Below are positions 39,443 to 49,526 of a DNA stretch of 64,000 bases, in pieces. Both the position numbers and the translations under genes were made by a program. The notes under the pieces are model-generated. The model searched no databases, was not told where the DNA came from, and saw only the letters and a list, made by a program, of their open reading frames with translations. The stretch's first letter is position 1, and each line of letters opens with the position of its first letter. Origin of the DNA: Candidatus Nanohalarchaeota archaeon (lineage in GTDB: Archaea; Nanohalarchaeota; Nanosalinia; Nanosalinales; Nanosalinaceae); NCBI GenBank assembly GCA_022729235.1, contig JALDAJ010000001.1, positions 963,596 to 1,027,595 of the forward strand, given 5' to 3'.

Positions 39443-39480
39443 GTGTAGATAGAAGGAAAACAGGGTAAAAAAGGTGTCGA

Positions 39481-39798
39481 TTAATCAGTTGCTGCAGGTT
39501 CACGTCCCTCAAGATACCATGCGGTATCGAAGCCGCCATTCAGTCGTGAAAGCCCGGGCTCACCAATACCCATACAGGTAGCCACATCCGCCTCATCCGC
39601 ATTTTCCTCTAAAATACTCATATCCCAGACATACGGCTCGACCCGATCCTTTTTCTCCGACGAAACCGCTAAATAACCAAAACCATTCCTGTAAGCGACT
39701 TCAAAGGACACACCTGTACTATATACCTGATTTTTTCGCTCTATCAGCTCTGCATCATCCATCCTTTTGCCGTAAACAGTAAAACCTTGTTGTTGCAT
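39481..39798 (-). CDS. Hypothetical protein
   Basis: 105-aa ORF. Confidence 0.5.
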   Translation of the reverse strand: MQQQGFTVYGKRMDDAELIERKNQVYSTGVSFEVAYRNGFGYLAVSSEKKDRVEPYVWDMSILEENADEADVATCMGIGEPGLSRLNGGFDTAWYLEGREPAATD

Positions 39799-39936
39799 CG
39801 AAAACAGCCTCTAAGACACGTAAGTCTTTGGACACCCTATTTATTACCTGATATATGCTTTACCACAACAAAAACACAGACTATGTAATACAAACTCCTT
39901 ACATAGGCGATATAATCCGGTAAATGTATTACAAAT

Positions 39937-41814
39937 CTACCTGACTCTCGTGACATCCAGGTTCTGCGGTGCCTCGGTATCTATGTGAAGTGCCTTATGG
40001 AGCGTTGACGCAAGCTGGAAGCACTTCTTCTCCTCACCGTGGTTAGTCAGCACCTTGTTAGGCGAGGATCTCAGGTTCTTGCAGTAGTTGATTATCTGCT
40101 GGCGGTCGCTGTGCGCCGAGAAACCGCTTACTGTAGAGACATCCAGGTTTACACTGACCCTATCCCCGTTTAAATTAACCGTTGACCGTCCCTGCTGTAT
40201 CTTGTTACCGAGCGTCCCTGATGCCTGGTAACCAACAAAAATCATCGCGTTCTTTTCATCAGGAGCCAGCTCCTGCAGGTAAGATAGGACAGGACCTCCT
40301 GTAAGCATACCAGAAGTGGTCAGGATGACGCACGGTCCATCTCCGAAGACTTCCTGGCGCTCCTCGTAACTACCGACAGGCTTGAGCTGGTCGTGGATAA
40401 ACGGCGAGTCATCTTCCTTGAATATCTTTTTCTGGACTTTCTTCGACAGGAACTCAGGATACGCCGTGTGAAGTGCGTTCGCGTCTTTGATCATACCGTC
40501 CAGGTAGACGTTATAGTCGAAATAGTCCCTGTTAATCTCGTCCGCAAGCATTCCCAGTATCTCCTGTGAACGTCCGACCGCGAAGACAGGTATTATCACT
40601 TTTCCGCCCTTGCTCAGGGTCTGCTTGACCTTGGAGAGGAACTTCTTCTGCGCCTCCTCTCTCGGCTGCTGTTTGTCGTCCCGTCCTCCATACGTAGACT
40701 CTGTTATGAGCGTCTCAACACGTTTGAAATTGGTGTCCGCGGGTCTGAGCATCTCCGACTGGTCGTAGTTGTAGTCGCCCGTATAGAGGATGTTGTGAAG
40801 CCCTTCTCCTACGTGCAGGTGGCACAGAGACGAGCCCAGTATGTGTCCCGAGTTCTTCAAAGTCAATCTTATATCAGGCGTGATATCAGTTACCTCTCCG
40901 AAATCCGGGGTTATCGTCCTCTTGACCGCCTTCTTGATAGCATTTGAATCATAAGGCGCATCCGCCTGCTCCGAGTGGGCGATGCCTATGTAGTCTAGCG
41001 TAAGCATAATCATCAGATCACGCGTAGGCTTAGTACAGTAAAGAGGTCCATCGTAACCCATCTTGTACAGGTACGGTATCATTCCGCAGTGGTCCATGTG
41101 TGCGTGAGAGAGCACCACTGCATCAAGATCCTGTAAATCAAGCTCCGGGGCGTTGAGGTACGGGTAGTTATCAGTCGTGCCCGGTTCCGCGCTCGGGTTT
41201 ATACCTGCATCCATGAGAACATTCGACTCCTCGGTCTGGACCAGGACACATGAGCGCCCGACCTGCCGGAAACCTCCTAGAGAGGATATACGTACCCATT
41301 CATCTCCCGCAGATTTATCCAGTCTTATGTGTTGACCTACCTCGTGTAGGAAATCCTTTCTGAACTCAGGGTCTTCCACTGTTAACTCGCGCGCCCTGTC
41401 AACGATTTTCGAGTCGATAGCCGGCACGCGCTCCACCTGAGGAGACCATAGCGTCTTCTCCCTTATCTCCTGAAGTCCAGACCCCTTGTCTCCTATAACC
41501 TTCCCAGGTCTTTCAGCCCTCACAATCATCTTCCCGAGTGATGGCTGGAATATAACGTTCTCAACTCCTGCCTCATCACTCACCGTATCGTAAAGCTTCT
41601 CTTCCGCCCTCTCCGGGTCCATAAAAAGCTTTCCAGAGGGACGTACTTCGACCCTTTTCTTTAGCTTGGATACAATCTTTTTTACAGTATCAGAATTATC
41701 CAGGAAAAAATCCTTTGACGAGGTATAGATAACGATATCCGATGCCTCAAACCTGAGACTCTCTATCTCCGCATTCGGCGGCAAAAATTCTTTTACATCT
41801 TCAAGTTCTTCCAT
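39937..41814 (-). CDS. fttA: Beta-CASP ribonuclease aCPSF1 / termination factor FttA
   Basis: N-terminal KH (PGKVIG), LGGFRQVGRS, SHAHMDH, GHILGS, ESTYGG and FSAHSD. Confidence 0.95.
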   Translation of the reverse strand: MEELEDVKEFLPPNAEIESLRFEASDIVIYTSSKDFFLDNSDTVKKIVSKLKKRVEVRPSGKLFMDPERAEEKLYDTVSDEAGVENVIFQPSLGKMIVRAERPGKVIGDKGSGLQEIREKTLWSPQVERVPAIDSKIVDRARELTVEDPEFRKDFLHEVGQHIRLDKSAGDEWVRISSLGGFRQVGRSCVLVQTEESNVLMDAGINPSAEPGTTDNYPYLNAPELDLQDLDAVVLSHAHMDHCGMIPYLYKMGYDGPLYCTKPTRDLMIMLTLDYIGIAHSEQADAPYDSNAIKKAVKRTITPDFGEVTDITPDIRLTLKNSGHILGSSLCHLHVGEGLHNILYTGDYNYDQSEMLRPADTNFKRVETLITESTYGGRDDKQQPREEAQKKFLSKVKQTLSKGGKVIIPVFAVGRSQEILGMLADEINRDYFDYNVYLDGMIKDANALHTAYPEFLSKKVQKKIFKEDDSPFIHDQLKPVGSYEERQEVFGDGPCVILTTSGMLTGGPVLSYLQELAPDEKNAMIFVGYQASGTLGNKIQQGRSTVNLNGDRVSVNLDVSTVSGFSAHSDRQQIINYCKNLRSSPNKVLTNHGEEKKCFQLASTLHKALHIDTEAPQNLDVTRVR

Positions 41815-41855
41815 ATTATCAAATCCTAAAAGTATATTTTTCGTTCTAGAACCAG

Positions 41856-42506
41856 CTACTCCAGGCGCTTCTCGACTTCATGCTCCTCAAGTATCTCGAA
41901 CCCGTCCTCGGTGATCTCCGCAACCATGATACCATCGCCAGAAGCAGTATCGCGCTCCATCGCAGACTGGACTGTTCTCACAGCTAGATCTCTGCCCTCC
42001 TCATGTTCCAGTCCGTCCTCCCAGGCATCCTCAAGCACTCCGTATGCGACCTGACTACCCGAACCTGTAGCAGTAAATTTCTCATGCTTCATTAGACCGC
42101 CGGCAGGGTCAAGATCATAAAGGATTCCTGAACCATCGGTTTCGATACCGCCCATAACGAACTGGTTGAAGAACGGCATCATCTTGTGATTGTGAAGTAT
42201 ATTAGCAAGTAGAGTACCTGCACCTTTGATAGAAAGCTCCTTGGTCTCAAGCCTGTGTAGCTTGAGCTGTGAGCGCATAACTCTTACAATCCTCTGCGCA
42301 TCACCTACACTTCCTGCTATAGTAAAACCAATCCTGTCATCCAGCTTGTAAATCTTCTTGGCATACTTTGATGCAGTCAGACGCCCCATTGACGCTCTTC
42401 TGTCCGCTGCAAGTATCACTCCTCTGTCCGTCACTAGACCTACTGTTGTAGTACCAGTTTGAAACTCATCTACGTCTTTATTCTTCACTTCACGTTTCTG
42501 CTGCAT
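41856..42506 (-). CDS. psmB: Proteasome beta subunit
   Basis: Propeptide then G|TTTVG, ADRRAS, AGSVGDAQ, TGSGS and RDTASG. Confidence 0.96.
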   Translation of the reverse strand: MQQKREVKNKDVDEFQTGTTTVGLVTDRGVILAADRRASMGRLTASKYAKKIYKLDDRIGFTIAGSVGDAQRIVRVMRSQLKLHRLETKELSIKGAGTLLANILHNHKMMPFFNQFVMGGIETDGSGILYDLDPAGGLMKHEKFTATGSGSQVAYGVLEDAWEDGLEHEEGRDLAVRTVQSAMERDTASGDGIMVAEITEDGFEILEEHEVEKRLE

Positions 42507-42562
42507 AGTATGACACCTGAGAAACCGTAACAGGTAATTAACCAAACATTCACCTCCCAGAT

Positions 42563-43855
42563 TTAAATAGGTGTCCCGGACCTGTCATCAAATTTCCTGG
42601 TTCTGCCCCGTACCTTCCTGACCAGCCCGCTTTCATCGATATTAACAACCTCTCCACCTCTCACAACGACCTCACCGTCAACTAAGGTATCCGAAACCTT
42701 GCCTGGGAACGAGTAAATCAGGTTCGAGATAAGCCCTCTCTTGCCGTAGACAGGATTCATCGAGAGTTCATCAAAATCGACTGTTACCAAATCCGCCTTC
42801 TTCCCGATTTGTACGGAGCCGATTTCGTCCTCCAGTCCCAGAGCCTTTGCTCCGTTAACAGTAAGCATGTCAAGCACATCCTGCTCCGTCAACCTGCGCG
42901 GATCGTTTCTCTTGTGCAGGAGAGCCGCAATTTTAGCTTCCTCGAACAGGTTAAGATTGTTGTTTGAAGCAGCACCGTCCGTCCCGATAGCCACGTTGAC
43001 ACCGCGTTCCACCAACTCCGGCACGTCAGCGATTCCCGAGCCAAGCTTCAGGTTGGCAACCGGGTTATGTATGACCGAACCACCCTCCCTCGAAAGTATC
43101 TCGACATCCTCGTCGGTCAACCAGACACCGTGAGCTGCTATAAAGTCCTCATCAACCAGTCCCATGCTGTCCATGTACTGCACCGGCGTCAACCCTGTCT
43201 CCTCGATACAGTCCTCATTCTCCCTCTCTGTCTCCGAGACATGGACGTGGTAGGGACAGTCAAATATCCTAGAATAGTCTTTCAGTTCCCGCAACGTCCC
43301 CTCCGAGGTCGTGTAGACGGCATGCGGTGCGATCGCAGGTTCTATAGTGCCGTGGTCCTGGTATTCTTTCACGAACTCCAGCGCCTCATCGATACGTTCC
43401 CGCCCGTTTCCATCCATGTCCAGGACCCCGCGCGCCAGTAACGCCCTGATACCAGTTTCGTCGACCGCGTCAGCCACCCTGTCCATGTAACCGTACATGT
43501 CGTTGAACGTCGTCGTACCCGTTTTCAGCATCTCCGTGATACCTAGCAATGCGCCGTAGTAGGCATCCTCACCATCCATCTCTTCCTCCGCAGGAAATAT
43601 CTCTTCCTCCAGCCAGTTCTCCAGCAGTTTGTTATCGGAGATACCGCGGAAAAGCGCCATCGAGACATGGGTGTGCGCGTTCACCAGGCCCGGCATCACA
43701 ACCTTCCGTGAGCAGTCAATAACATCGTGCCCTCGCGCATCAAGACCTCTGCCGATACCCGCTATCTCGTCACCTTCAACCAGGATGTCAACGTTCTCCA
43801 GCACCTGCCTGTCCGCGTTCTGCGTCACCAAGTACCGGATATTTTTGAGTATCAC
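42563..43855 (-). CDS. Amidohydrolase (MTA/SAH deaminase-like)
   Basis: PGLVNAHTH, APHAVY, HVHVSET, AHGV and GTDGAASNN. Confidence 0.88.
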   Translation of the reverse strand: MILKNIRYLVTQNADRQVLENVDILVEGDEIAGIGRGLDARGHDVIDCSRKVVMPGLVNAHTHVSMALFRGISDNKLLENWLEEEIFPAEEEMDGEDAYYGALLGITEMLKTGTTTFNDMYGYMDRVADAVDETGIRALLARGVLDMDGNGRERIDEALEFVKEYQDHGTIEPAIAPHAVYTTSEGTLRELKDYSRIFDCPYHVHVSETERENEDCIEETGLTPVQYMDSMGLVDEDFIAAHGVWLTDEDVEILSREGGSVIHNPVANLKLGSGIADVPELVERGVNVAIGTDGAASNNNLNLFEEAKIAALLHKRNDPRRLTEQDVLDMLTVNGAKALGLEDEIGSVQIGKKADLVTVDFDELSMNPVYGKRGLISNLIYSFPGKVSDTLVDGEVVVRGGEVVNIDESGLVRKVRGRTRKFDDRSGTPI

Positions 43856-43973
43856 AGGGACTAATTATCGGAAAAAATACTAATTAGTGAAGAAAGAGAG
43901 AGGTAAAGAAGCGTTTCGCTAATAGTTTTTCGCGTGACCGGCTCCCTGCGGTGGCGGTCAAAGAAGAATTACG

Positions 43974-45437
43974 TTAGTAATTCTTCGCGAAGTACGCCCA
44001 TCTTTTCGCATCTTCTCCACAGACCGCGCATTCGCCGTCGATGTGCTCGTCTTCTTCCTGGAGCGTGGCGGGCTTGGAGTCTTCCTGGAACGGTAGGACG
44101 ACGATCTCCGCCGCTACCTGATCCTTGATTTCTTCCTCACATGACTCTTTACCGCACCACCGGGTTTTGACGTATCCGCGGTTCTTGCCGATGGTTCCGA
44201 GGATTTCCTGCTTGCTTTCTGCTTCCCTGATGTTCTCATGGAGATAGTCTTCGAGTTCGTTGTACATCGATTCCTGTATCTCATCCATAAGCTCCGCGAC
44301 CCGTTCATCCAGCTCATCGAACGGTATCTCCTCCTGTTCGCCTGTATCCCTTCTTACCGCGGTAACGGTCTCGTCTTCCATCTCGTTAGGACCGACCTCC
44401 AGTCTCAGCGGGACGCCTTTCAGCTCCCACTCGTTGAACTTGTAGCCTGGTGTGCGGTGGTCGCGGTCGTCGAGCTCCGTTCTCTGGTTGATCTCGAACT
44501 CCGCGTCCTCCGCGTAACCGACGACTTCATCCTGGTTGTCCTCCTGGTAGATAGGTACTACCACTACCTGTACAGGTGCGATGCTTGGAGGCAGTCTCAG
44601 CCCGTCGTTGTCACCGTGCGCCATTATGAGCGCGCCTATGAGACGTGTGGATATGCCCCATGAAGTGGTGTAGCAGGTTTGCTCTTCCGCGTCCGCGTCC
44701 TCGTAGGTTATGTCGAACGCTTCGGCGAAGTGCTGCCCAAGGTTGTGTGATGTACCGGACTGGATAGATTTTCCATCAGGCATCAGGGTCTCTATAGTAG
44801 TCGTAAATTTGGCGCCCGGAAACTTGTCGTGCTCCGGCTTGTATCCGAGAAGAGATGGTATTCCCAGGTGGTCCTCGACTACTTCACGGTACTGTTCGAG
44901 ACGTTTCATGGTCTCTTCCGATGCGTTTTCGTCGTTCTTATGGGCTGTATGCCCTTCCTGCCAGAGGAACTCCCGTGTTCTCAGGAACGGCCGTGTATCG
45001 GATACTTCCCATCTCACGATGTTCGCCCACTGGTTTATCCTGAAGGGCAGATCCCGGTGTGAGCGGATCCATTTACCCATGTAGTCGGATATGATAGACT
45101 CCGATGTAGGTCTCAGTGCTATGCGTTCCTCAGTATCTTTTTCTTCCTCTTCCTCAATCCAGGCGACTTCAAGTCCGAATCCTTCAACTATCTCCTCTTC
45201 CTTATCGAGTAGAGACTCCGGAATGAACATAGGGAAGTAGACAGGTTCTACCTCGCCCTCTATCTTCTCGTCGAAAGTATCTCTTATTGACTCCCAGAGC
45301 TTCATGCCGTACGGCTTGATGACCATGCACCCCTTTACAGGTGCGTAGTCCGCCAAATCAGCTTTCTGCACGACCTGCGTGTACCATTCCGAAGGGTTCT
45401 TCTGCTTGTCCGCTGTTATACCTAGTTCCTGTGACAT
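43974..45437 (-). CDS. proS: Proline--tRNA ligase (archaeal/eukaryotic type)
   Basis: ALRPTSE, RWE...PFLRTREFLWQEGHT, GTSHNLGQ, SWGISTRLIG and C-terminal FAKNY. Confidence 0.97.
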   Translation of the reverse strand: MSQELGITADKQKNPSEWYTQVVQKADLADYAPVKGCMVIKPYGMKLWESIRDTFDEKIEGEVEPVYFPMFIPESLLDKEEEIVEGFGLEVAWIEEEEEKDTEERIALRPTSESIISDYMGKWIRSHRDLPFRINQWANIVRWEVSDTRPFLRTREFLWQEGHTAHKNDENASEETMKRLEQYREVVEDHLGIPSLLGYKPEHDKFPGAKFTTTIETLMPDGKSIQSGTSHNLGQHFAEAFDITYEDADAEEQTCYTTSWGISTRLIGALIMAHGDNDGLRLPPSIAPVQVVVVPIYQEDNQDEVVGYAEDAEFEINQRTELDDRDHRTPGYKFNEWELKGVPLRLEVGPNEMEDETVTAVRRDTGEQEEIPFDELDERVAELMDEIQESMYNELEDYLHENIREAESKQEILGTIGKNRGYVKTRWCGKESCEEEIKDQVAAEIVVLPFQEDSKPATLQEEDEHIDGECAVCGEDAKRWAYFAKNY

Positions 45438-45561
45438 CTTTTGTTAACCTCTATAGTGGTGAAAGACCCGAGAATTTATTTCAAGGTTTTGAAAGCTTTC
45501 CCTGGAAGCGGCTGAACAAAGTGAACGCCGTCTATGGTATGCAGAAAAAAATCTTATGTAC

Positions 45562-46257
45562 CTATCCGTTCAACAATCTTTCAACCAGTCCCGGCGACCT
45601 TTCTTCCCTATCAAGTCGTCTTCTTGTCCGGACTCCTGCCTTTCCAACCTGCTCTCCTGTATCCCGGGCAGATCTCCCGCCTTCGAATCTCCCGTATTCA
45701 GCGTAGTAACTGGTTTCATCCTCCTCTCCCTCACCACCTTCAACTTCTTCCTCTAGGCGGTCAATACGTTCTGCGATTCTCTCCAGACCTTGTTCAATAT
45801 TTTGCATCCTGTCTGTACTCTCTTCAAGTCGTTCCCCGATATCCCGGGTTGCCTCCTGTTCCCGTCCGGGTTCCCGGTAATCGGTATCGTCCCAGGCGCT
45901 GTTTCTCTGTCCTCGCGTCCCGGGACCGATCTCTCCTGTTCCACCACCTCTCTTTACCGGGTCGCCGATAACCTCGGAACCGGGCCTGTCTTTCATACCG
46001 TCTGCAAGGCTCTGGTAAAAACTGTGGATTTCTCTTTTACTACCGATACCGCTCTCTGAAAATACCGTGTTTGCGAGAGCAGATGCTTCGGTATAGTCAA
46101 TACCGTCGATACTCATCTCTCCTTCGTAACCCTCGATTTCAAAACCTATTACTACCTCGTAACCTCTCTCCATATCGCCGTTGGCACGGATATACTCTGC
46201 GTTGCGGGTTATATCGCGCATCGCATCATCAGTTACGTCCTCGAAAATATCATCCAC
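45562..46257 (-). CDS. Hypothetical protein, N-terminal paralog of 46346-47530
   Basis: DDAMRDITRNAEYIRANGDMERGYEVVIGF. Confidence 0.75.
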   Translation of the reverse strand: MDDIFEDVTDDAMRDITRNAEYIRANGDMERGYEVVIGFEIEGYEGEMSIDGIDYTEASALANTVFSESGIGSKREIHSFYQSLADGMKDRPGSEVIGDPVKRGGGTGEIGPGTRGQRNSAWDDTDYREPGREQEATRDIGERLEESTDRMQNIEQGLERIAERIDRLEEEVEGGEGEEDETSYYAEYGRFEGGRSARDTGEQVGKAGVRTRRRLDREERSPGLVERLLNG

Positions 46258-46345
46258 CTTCAGTGGACAACGAACGCTCGCTAATTAACTGTATTCAACC
46301 CAGGACAACGGATTCAAAGGAGGACATGTAACGGCGTGCCTCCTA

Positions 46346-47530
46346 CTACTCATCCCGCCTTTCTTCAAGCCTTTCCTCAAACCACGTTTTCAGGGTAACC
46401 CTATCTTCTTCCTGCAGGAGCTGTTCGTAGTCTTCCCTGTCAATGACGCCTTCATCTTCAAGTACGACTACTTTCTCCTTTACCTCGGGTATAGTCCTGT
46501 CAAGTATCTCCTCATAGTCAACTGGTTCTCTCCCAAGTACTCTTTCGACTTCTTCGATATCTTCGCCTATCATGTCGGTTCTTTCTTCGACAGTTTCCAG
46601 GTCTTCATACTCTCCTGCCCTTACGCGGGCGAGGTGCTCCTCGATGTCGGATTCCAGTACTTCTATGTCCCGTTCAAACCCTTCCATTTTCTTCCGGTCC
46701 TCACGGCTCCGGTCTCTTACCTCCCTGACCGTCTGGAGATAGCTTGATAGCTCGCTTTCAAGACGTTCTCTTTCCTGCACCGCCTTCTCTCGGACCTGGA
46801 TTTCTACAGATTCCTCCGGTGCTTCGCGCTGCAGACTGTTTACAATAGCCTGGTAGAAGTCGTAATTTCTAGAATCCCAGTCAGGTACTCCGGCCCGGTC
46901 ACCTTCTGCATACGCTACCGCTGCCAGGGTGCTGGCGCTTGCGTGGTGAGCGGCTTCCCGGGGCGTAGTATTTTTATCAAGACGCCCGTTAATGAGCCCT
47001 CTAAGGTTGACTGCCCATTCACCTGTCAACGGAGCCTCGAAATCACCGGTGTAGAAGTGGTTTTCAGGACGTTCAGCATCACCAGGATTAATCCGTTCAC
47101 CAAGCCTGCTTATCCTCGACTCCAGTTCTACTAATCTTTCACTGTAGTCCTCATCTTCCTCGCTAAGCTCCTCTTTCTCCTTTTTAAGCGCTCTATATCT
47201 ATGTTCTGGAGACCGTGCCTCTGCCCAGTTCTCCTCTCCTTCAACAGTCGCTCTCTCCAGTTCGCCGGAGTTACCGAAAACAGTAACTAGAGGCGACGTA
47301 GGAGCCATCCTGAGAGAGTCATAAAACTCTCCTAGCTCTTCCGGGGAATCGATACCGTATGTAACCGTGAAATCTCCCCGGTACTCCCCCTCTTCTACAC
47401 TTCCAAAATTTATTACCAGTTCATAACCTACCCTGTCGTCACCTTTAACACTGACAGAGCGGGCGTGGGGCGAAATATTTCTTATAACGTCATCTATGGC
47501 GTCGTAAATAACTCTCACCTCAGTAGACAC
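46346..47530 (-). CDS. Hypothetical coiled-coil protein
   Basis: DDVIRNISPHARSVSVKGDDRVGYELVINF; C-terminal YEEILDRTIPEVKE...DRVTL helical motif. Confidence 0.78.
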   Translation of the reverse strand: MSTEVRVIYDAIDDVIRNISPHARSVSVKGDDRVGYELVINFGSVEEGEYRGDFTVTYGIDSPEELGEFYDSLRMAPTSPLVTVFGNSGELERATVEGEENWAEARSPEHRYRALKKEKEELSEEDEDYSERLVELESRISRLGERINPGDAERPENHFYTGDFEAPLTGEWAVNLRGLINGRLDKNTTPREAAHHASASTLAAVAYAEGDRAGVPDWDSRNYDFYQAIVNSLQREAPEESVEIQVREKAVQERERLESELSSYLQTVREVRDRSREDRKKMEGFERDIEVLESDIEEHLARVRAGEYEDLETVEERTDMIGEDIEEVERVLGREPVDYEEILDRTIPEVKEKVVVLEDEGVIDREDYEQLLQEEDRVTLKTWFEERLEERRDE

Positions 47531-47633
47531 AAGCTCTCTCCTTAATTAACTGCATTCTTACAGAATAACGGTTTCAAACTAGAGCATACGATGAAGGGAA
47601 ACTTGTTTTAAGAAACAGGATCAGTTTATCTCT

Positions 47634-48203
47634 ATGGCAGAGGAACGTTACCAGTGCCCTCTATGTGAGAAATACTTCGGGTCTGAGGAAACATTCAGTG
47701 AACACGCCCGGATAGAGCACGATACAGAAGCCGTGGACATGGAGGAAGATGACCCGTTACTTGACGTGAACGGCTTAATGGCGAAGATTAGGTACAACTT
47801 CAACCGGTCGTTCCTGCTTGGTCTGGTACTAGGACTGGTGGTTTCCGGCGCCGCGTTTTCAGGCTATACCTACTGGGAATCACTCGACCACCGCGTAGAA
47901 GTCCCGGTAACAGTTGTCACGTGTGATGACTGCTCATACGGCGAGTTCCAGAACGCTACGGACAGGCTGTTTAACGCCGAGTACAGGCAGGTCGATTACC
48001 AGAGCAGTGAAGGCCAGGAACTAGTAGAGAAGTATGATCTCCAGTACATTCCAGCATTCATCTTCGATCCCCAGGTAAAAGAGGCAGAGGACTTCTACAA
48101 AGTCGAACCTGTGATGATAGAGTACGAGGACGCCTACGTTATCCTGGACCGTGGCAACCTCGTCGCGCAAAGGCTGAGTGAAGGAATCGAGCTGGAGGAA
48201 TAA
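47634..48203 (+). CDS. C2H2 finger + TM + thioredoxin-like domain protein
   Basis: YQCPLC...F...H...H, a TM segment, then CDDC...LVEKYDLQYIPAFIF. Confidence 0.75.
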   Translation: MAEERYQCPLCEKYFGSEETFSEHARIEHDTEAVDMEEDDPLLDVNGLMAKIRYNFNRSFLLGLVLGLVVSGAAFSGYTYWESLDHRVEVPVTVVTCDDCSYGEFQNATDRLFNAEYRQVDYQSSEGQELVEKYDLQYIPAFIFDPQVKEAEDFYKVEPVMIEYEDAYVILDRGNLVAQRLSEGIELEE

Positions 48204-48241
48204 CCCTAGTGTTACGCAGGATTTTTACTTTATACCTCTAC

Positions 48242-48300
48242 TGTAAAAAAACAGTGTAAAATATCCTTTAATATTTAAGTTTTGACACAGTATTTTTACA
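48242..48300. promoter_or_regulatory. Imperfect ~20-bp inverted repeat around the Fic gene promoter
   Basis: TGTAAAAAAACAGTGTAAAA ... TTTTGACACAGTATTTTTACA flanking TTTAATATTTAA. Confidence 0.5.
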
Positions 48301-48302
48301 AT

Positions 48303-49478
48303 ATGGCTGATTTGTTAAAAGAACACGTGATGATGTACGTAGCAGAGAATGAAGTTAATACGGAAGAAGAACTTTTCTCACTGATAAAGAGAAACGTGAT
48401 GTTCGAAGAAGTAACGGATAGAGTAATCAAGGATCGGCTGAGAACACTCAGAGAGGAAAAACTTGTCAGAGATCTGGAAATCAACAGAGAAAACCCAAGA
48501 ACTTTCGACACGCTAGGCTTCCTCTACTGGTCAAAACACAGAGATATCGACTGGGAAGAACTGTTAGAGTATAACTGCGTGAAAGTATTCCATGCCCTGA
48601 TAGAGCTACAAGAAGCAAAAATAGAAGAACTGATGGAGAATACAGGACTTTCAAGACCAACTGTTTACAAGTATATAGATCTTCTCAGCGAGAACAGCTT
48701 CCTGGAAAAAACAAAGAAGAAGCCGATCATCCTGAAACCGCTTGTAAACGACTCCACAATACTATATATCAACCTGTTCGAAATCGGTCTGGAAAGCTTC
48801 TCGGAAAAATTTGATAGTCAAGACACCGAAATCGAGGTAGAACACGACCTGAAGGAGAAAATCGCCAGAATACACACATACTCCTCTACAGTTACCGAGG
48901 GGAATACCGCTACAGTACAGCAAGTGGAAAACGTACTGGATAACTTCCCGACAGACCTTACGCCTCGAGAAATACTAGAAATAGAAAACAGCAACCGCGC
49001 GGTAGAGATACTTGAGAAAATAAAGCATGAGCGCATAACAGTTGAAAGAATCAAGAAGATAAACAGGGCAGTGATATATCACCTAGTTGATAATCCGGGA
49101 GAAATAGAGTACGGCAGGAAGAGAATTGCAGGTTCAAAGTACGATCCTCCCAGCAGAAAGCCAGTCATAGATAACAGTATGAACGCACTTGAGAACTTCA
49201 TAAAAAAGTACGACCACCTGGATGCGGAGATCCTCGGGAGTCTCGCACACTTCATGCTGGTTTCAATCCACCCCTTTAGAGATGGAAACGGCAGAACAGC
49301 GAGACTTCTGCATTCATGGATTCTACTGAAGCAGGACAAAACATTATTCGTATACAATCCTGACCACCAGAGACAGTACTTCCAGCTCCTGGAGGAAGGT
49401 AACATGAAGGGCGTAACACCCTTCATCGAGTTCTGCATAGAGAAACACCAGGAACAGCTCGAAGAAATAATTTCATAA
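48303..49478 (+). CDS. HTH-fused Fic-domain protein
   Basis: TGLSRPTVYKYI (HTH), SSTVTEGN (inhibitory-helix-like) and HPFRDGNGRTAR. Confidence 0.92.
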   Translation: MADLLKEHVMMYVAENEVNTEEELFSLIKRNVMFEEVTDRVIKDRLRTLREEKLVRDLEINRENPRTFDTLGFLYWSKHRDIDWEELLEYNCVKVFHALIELQEAKIEELMENTGLSRPTVYKYIDLLSENSFLEKTKKKPIILKPLVNDSTILYINLFEIGLESFSEKFDSQDTEIEVEHDLKEKIARIHTYSSTVTEGNTATVQQVENVLDNFPTDLTPREILEIENSNRAVEILEKIKHERITVERIKKINRAVIYHLVDNPGEIEYGRKRIAGSKYDPPSRKPVIDNSMNALENFIKKYDHLDAEILGSLAHFMLVSIHPFRDGNGRTARLLHSWILLKQDKTLFVYNPDHQRQYFQLLEEGNMKGVTPFIEFCIEKHQEQLEEIIS

Positions 49479-49526
49479 CTCCTCACCAGACACGGATAAA
49501 AGATTTTATCGACCCACTGTTTCTAG

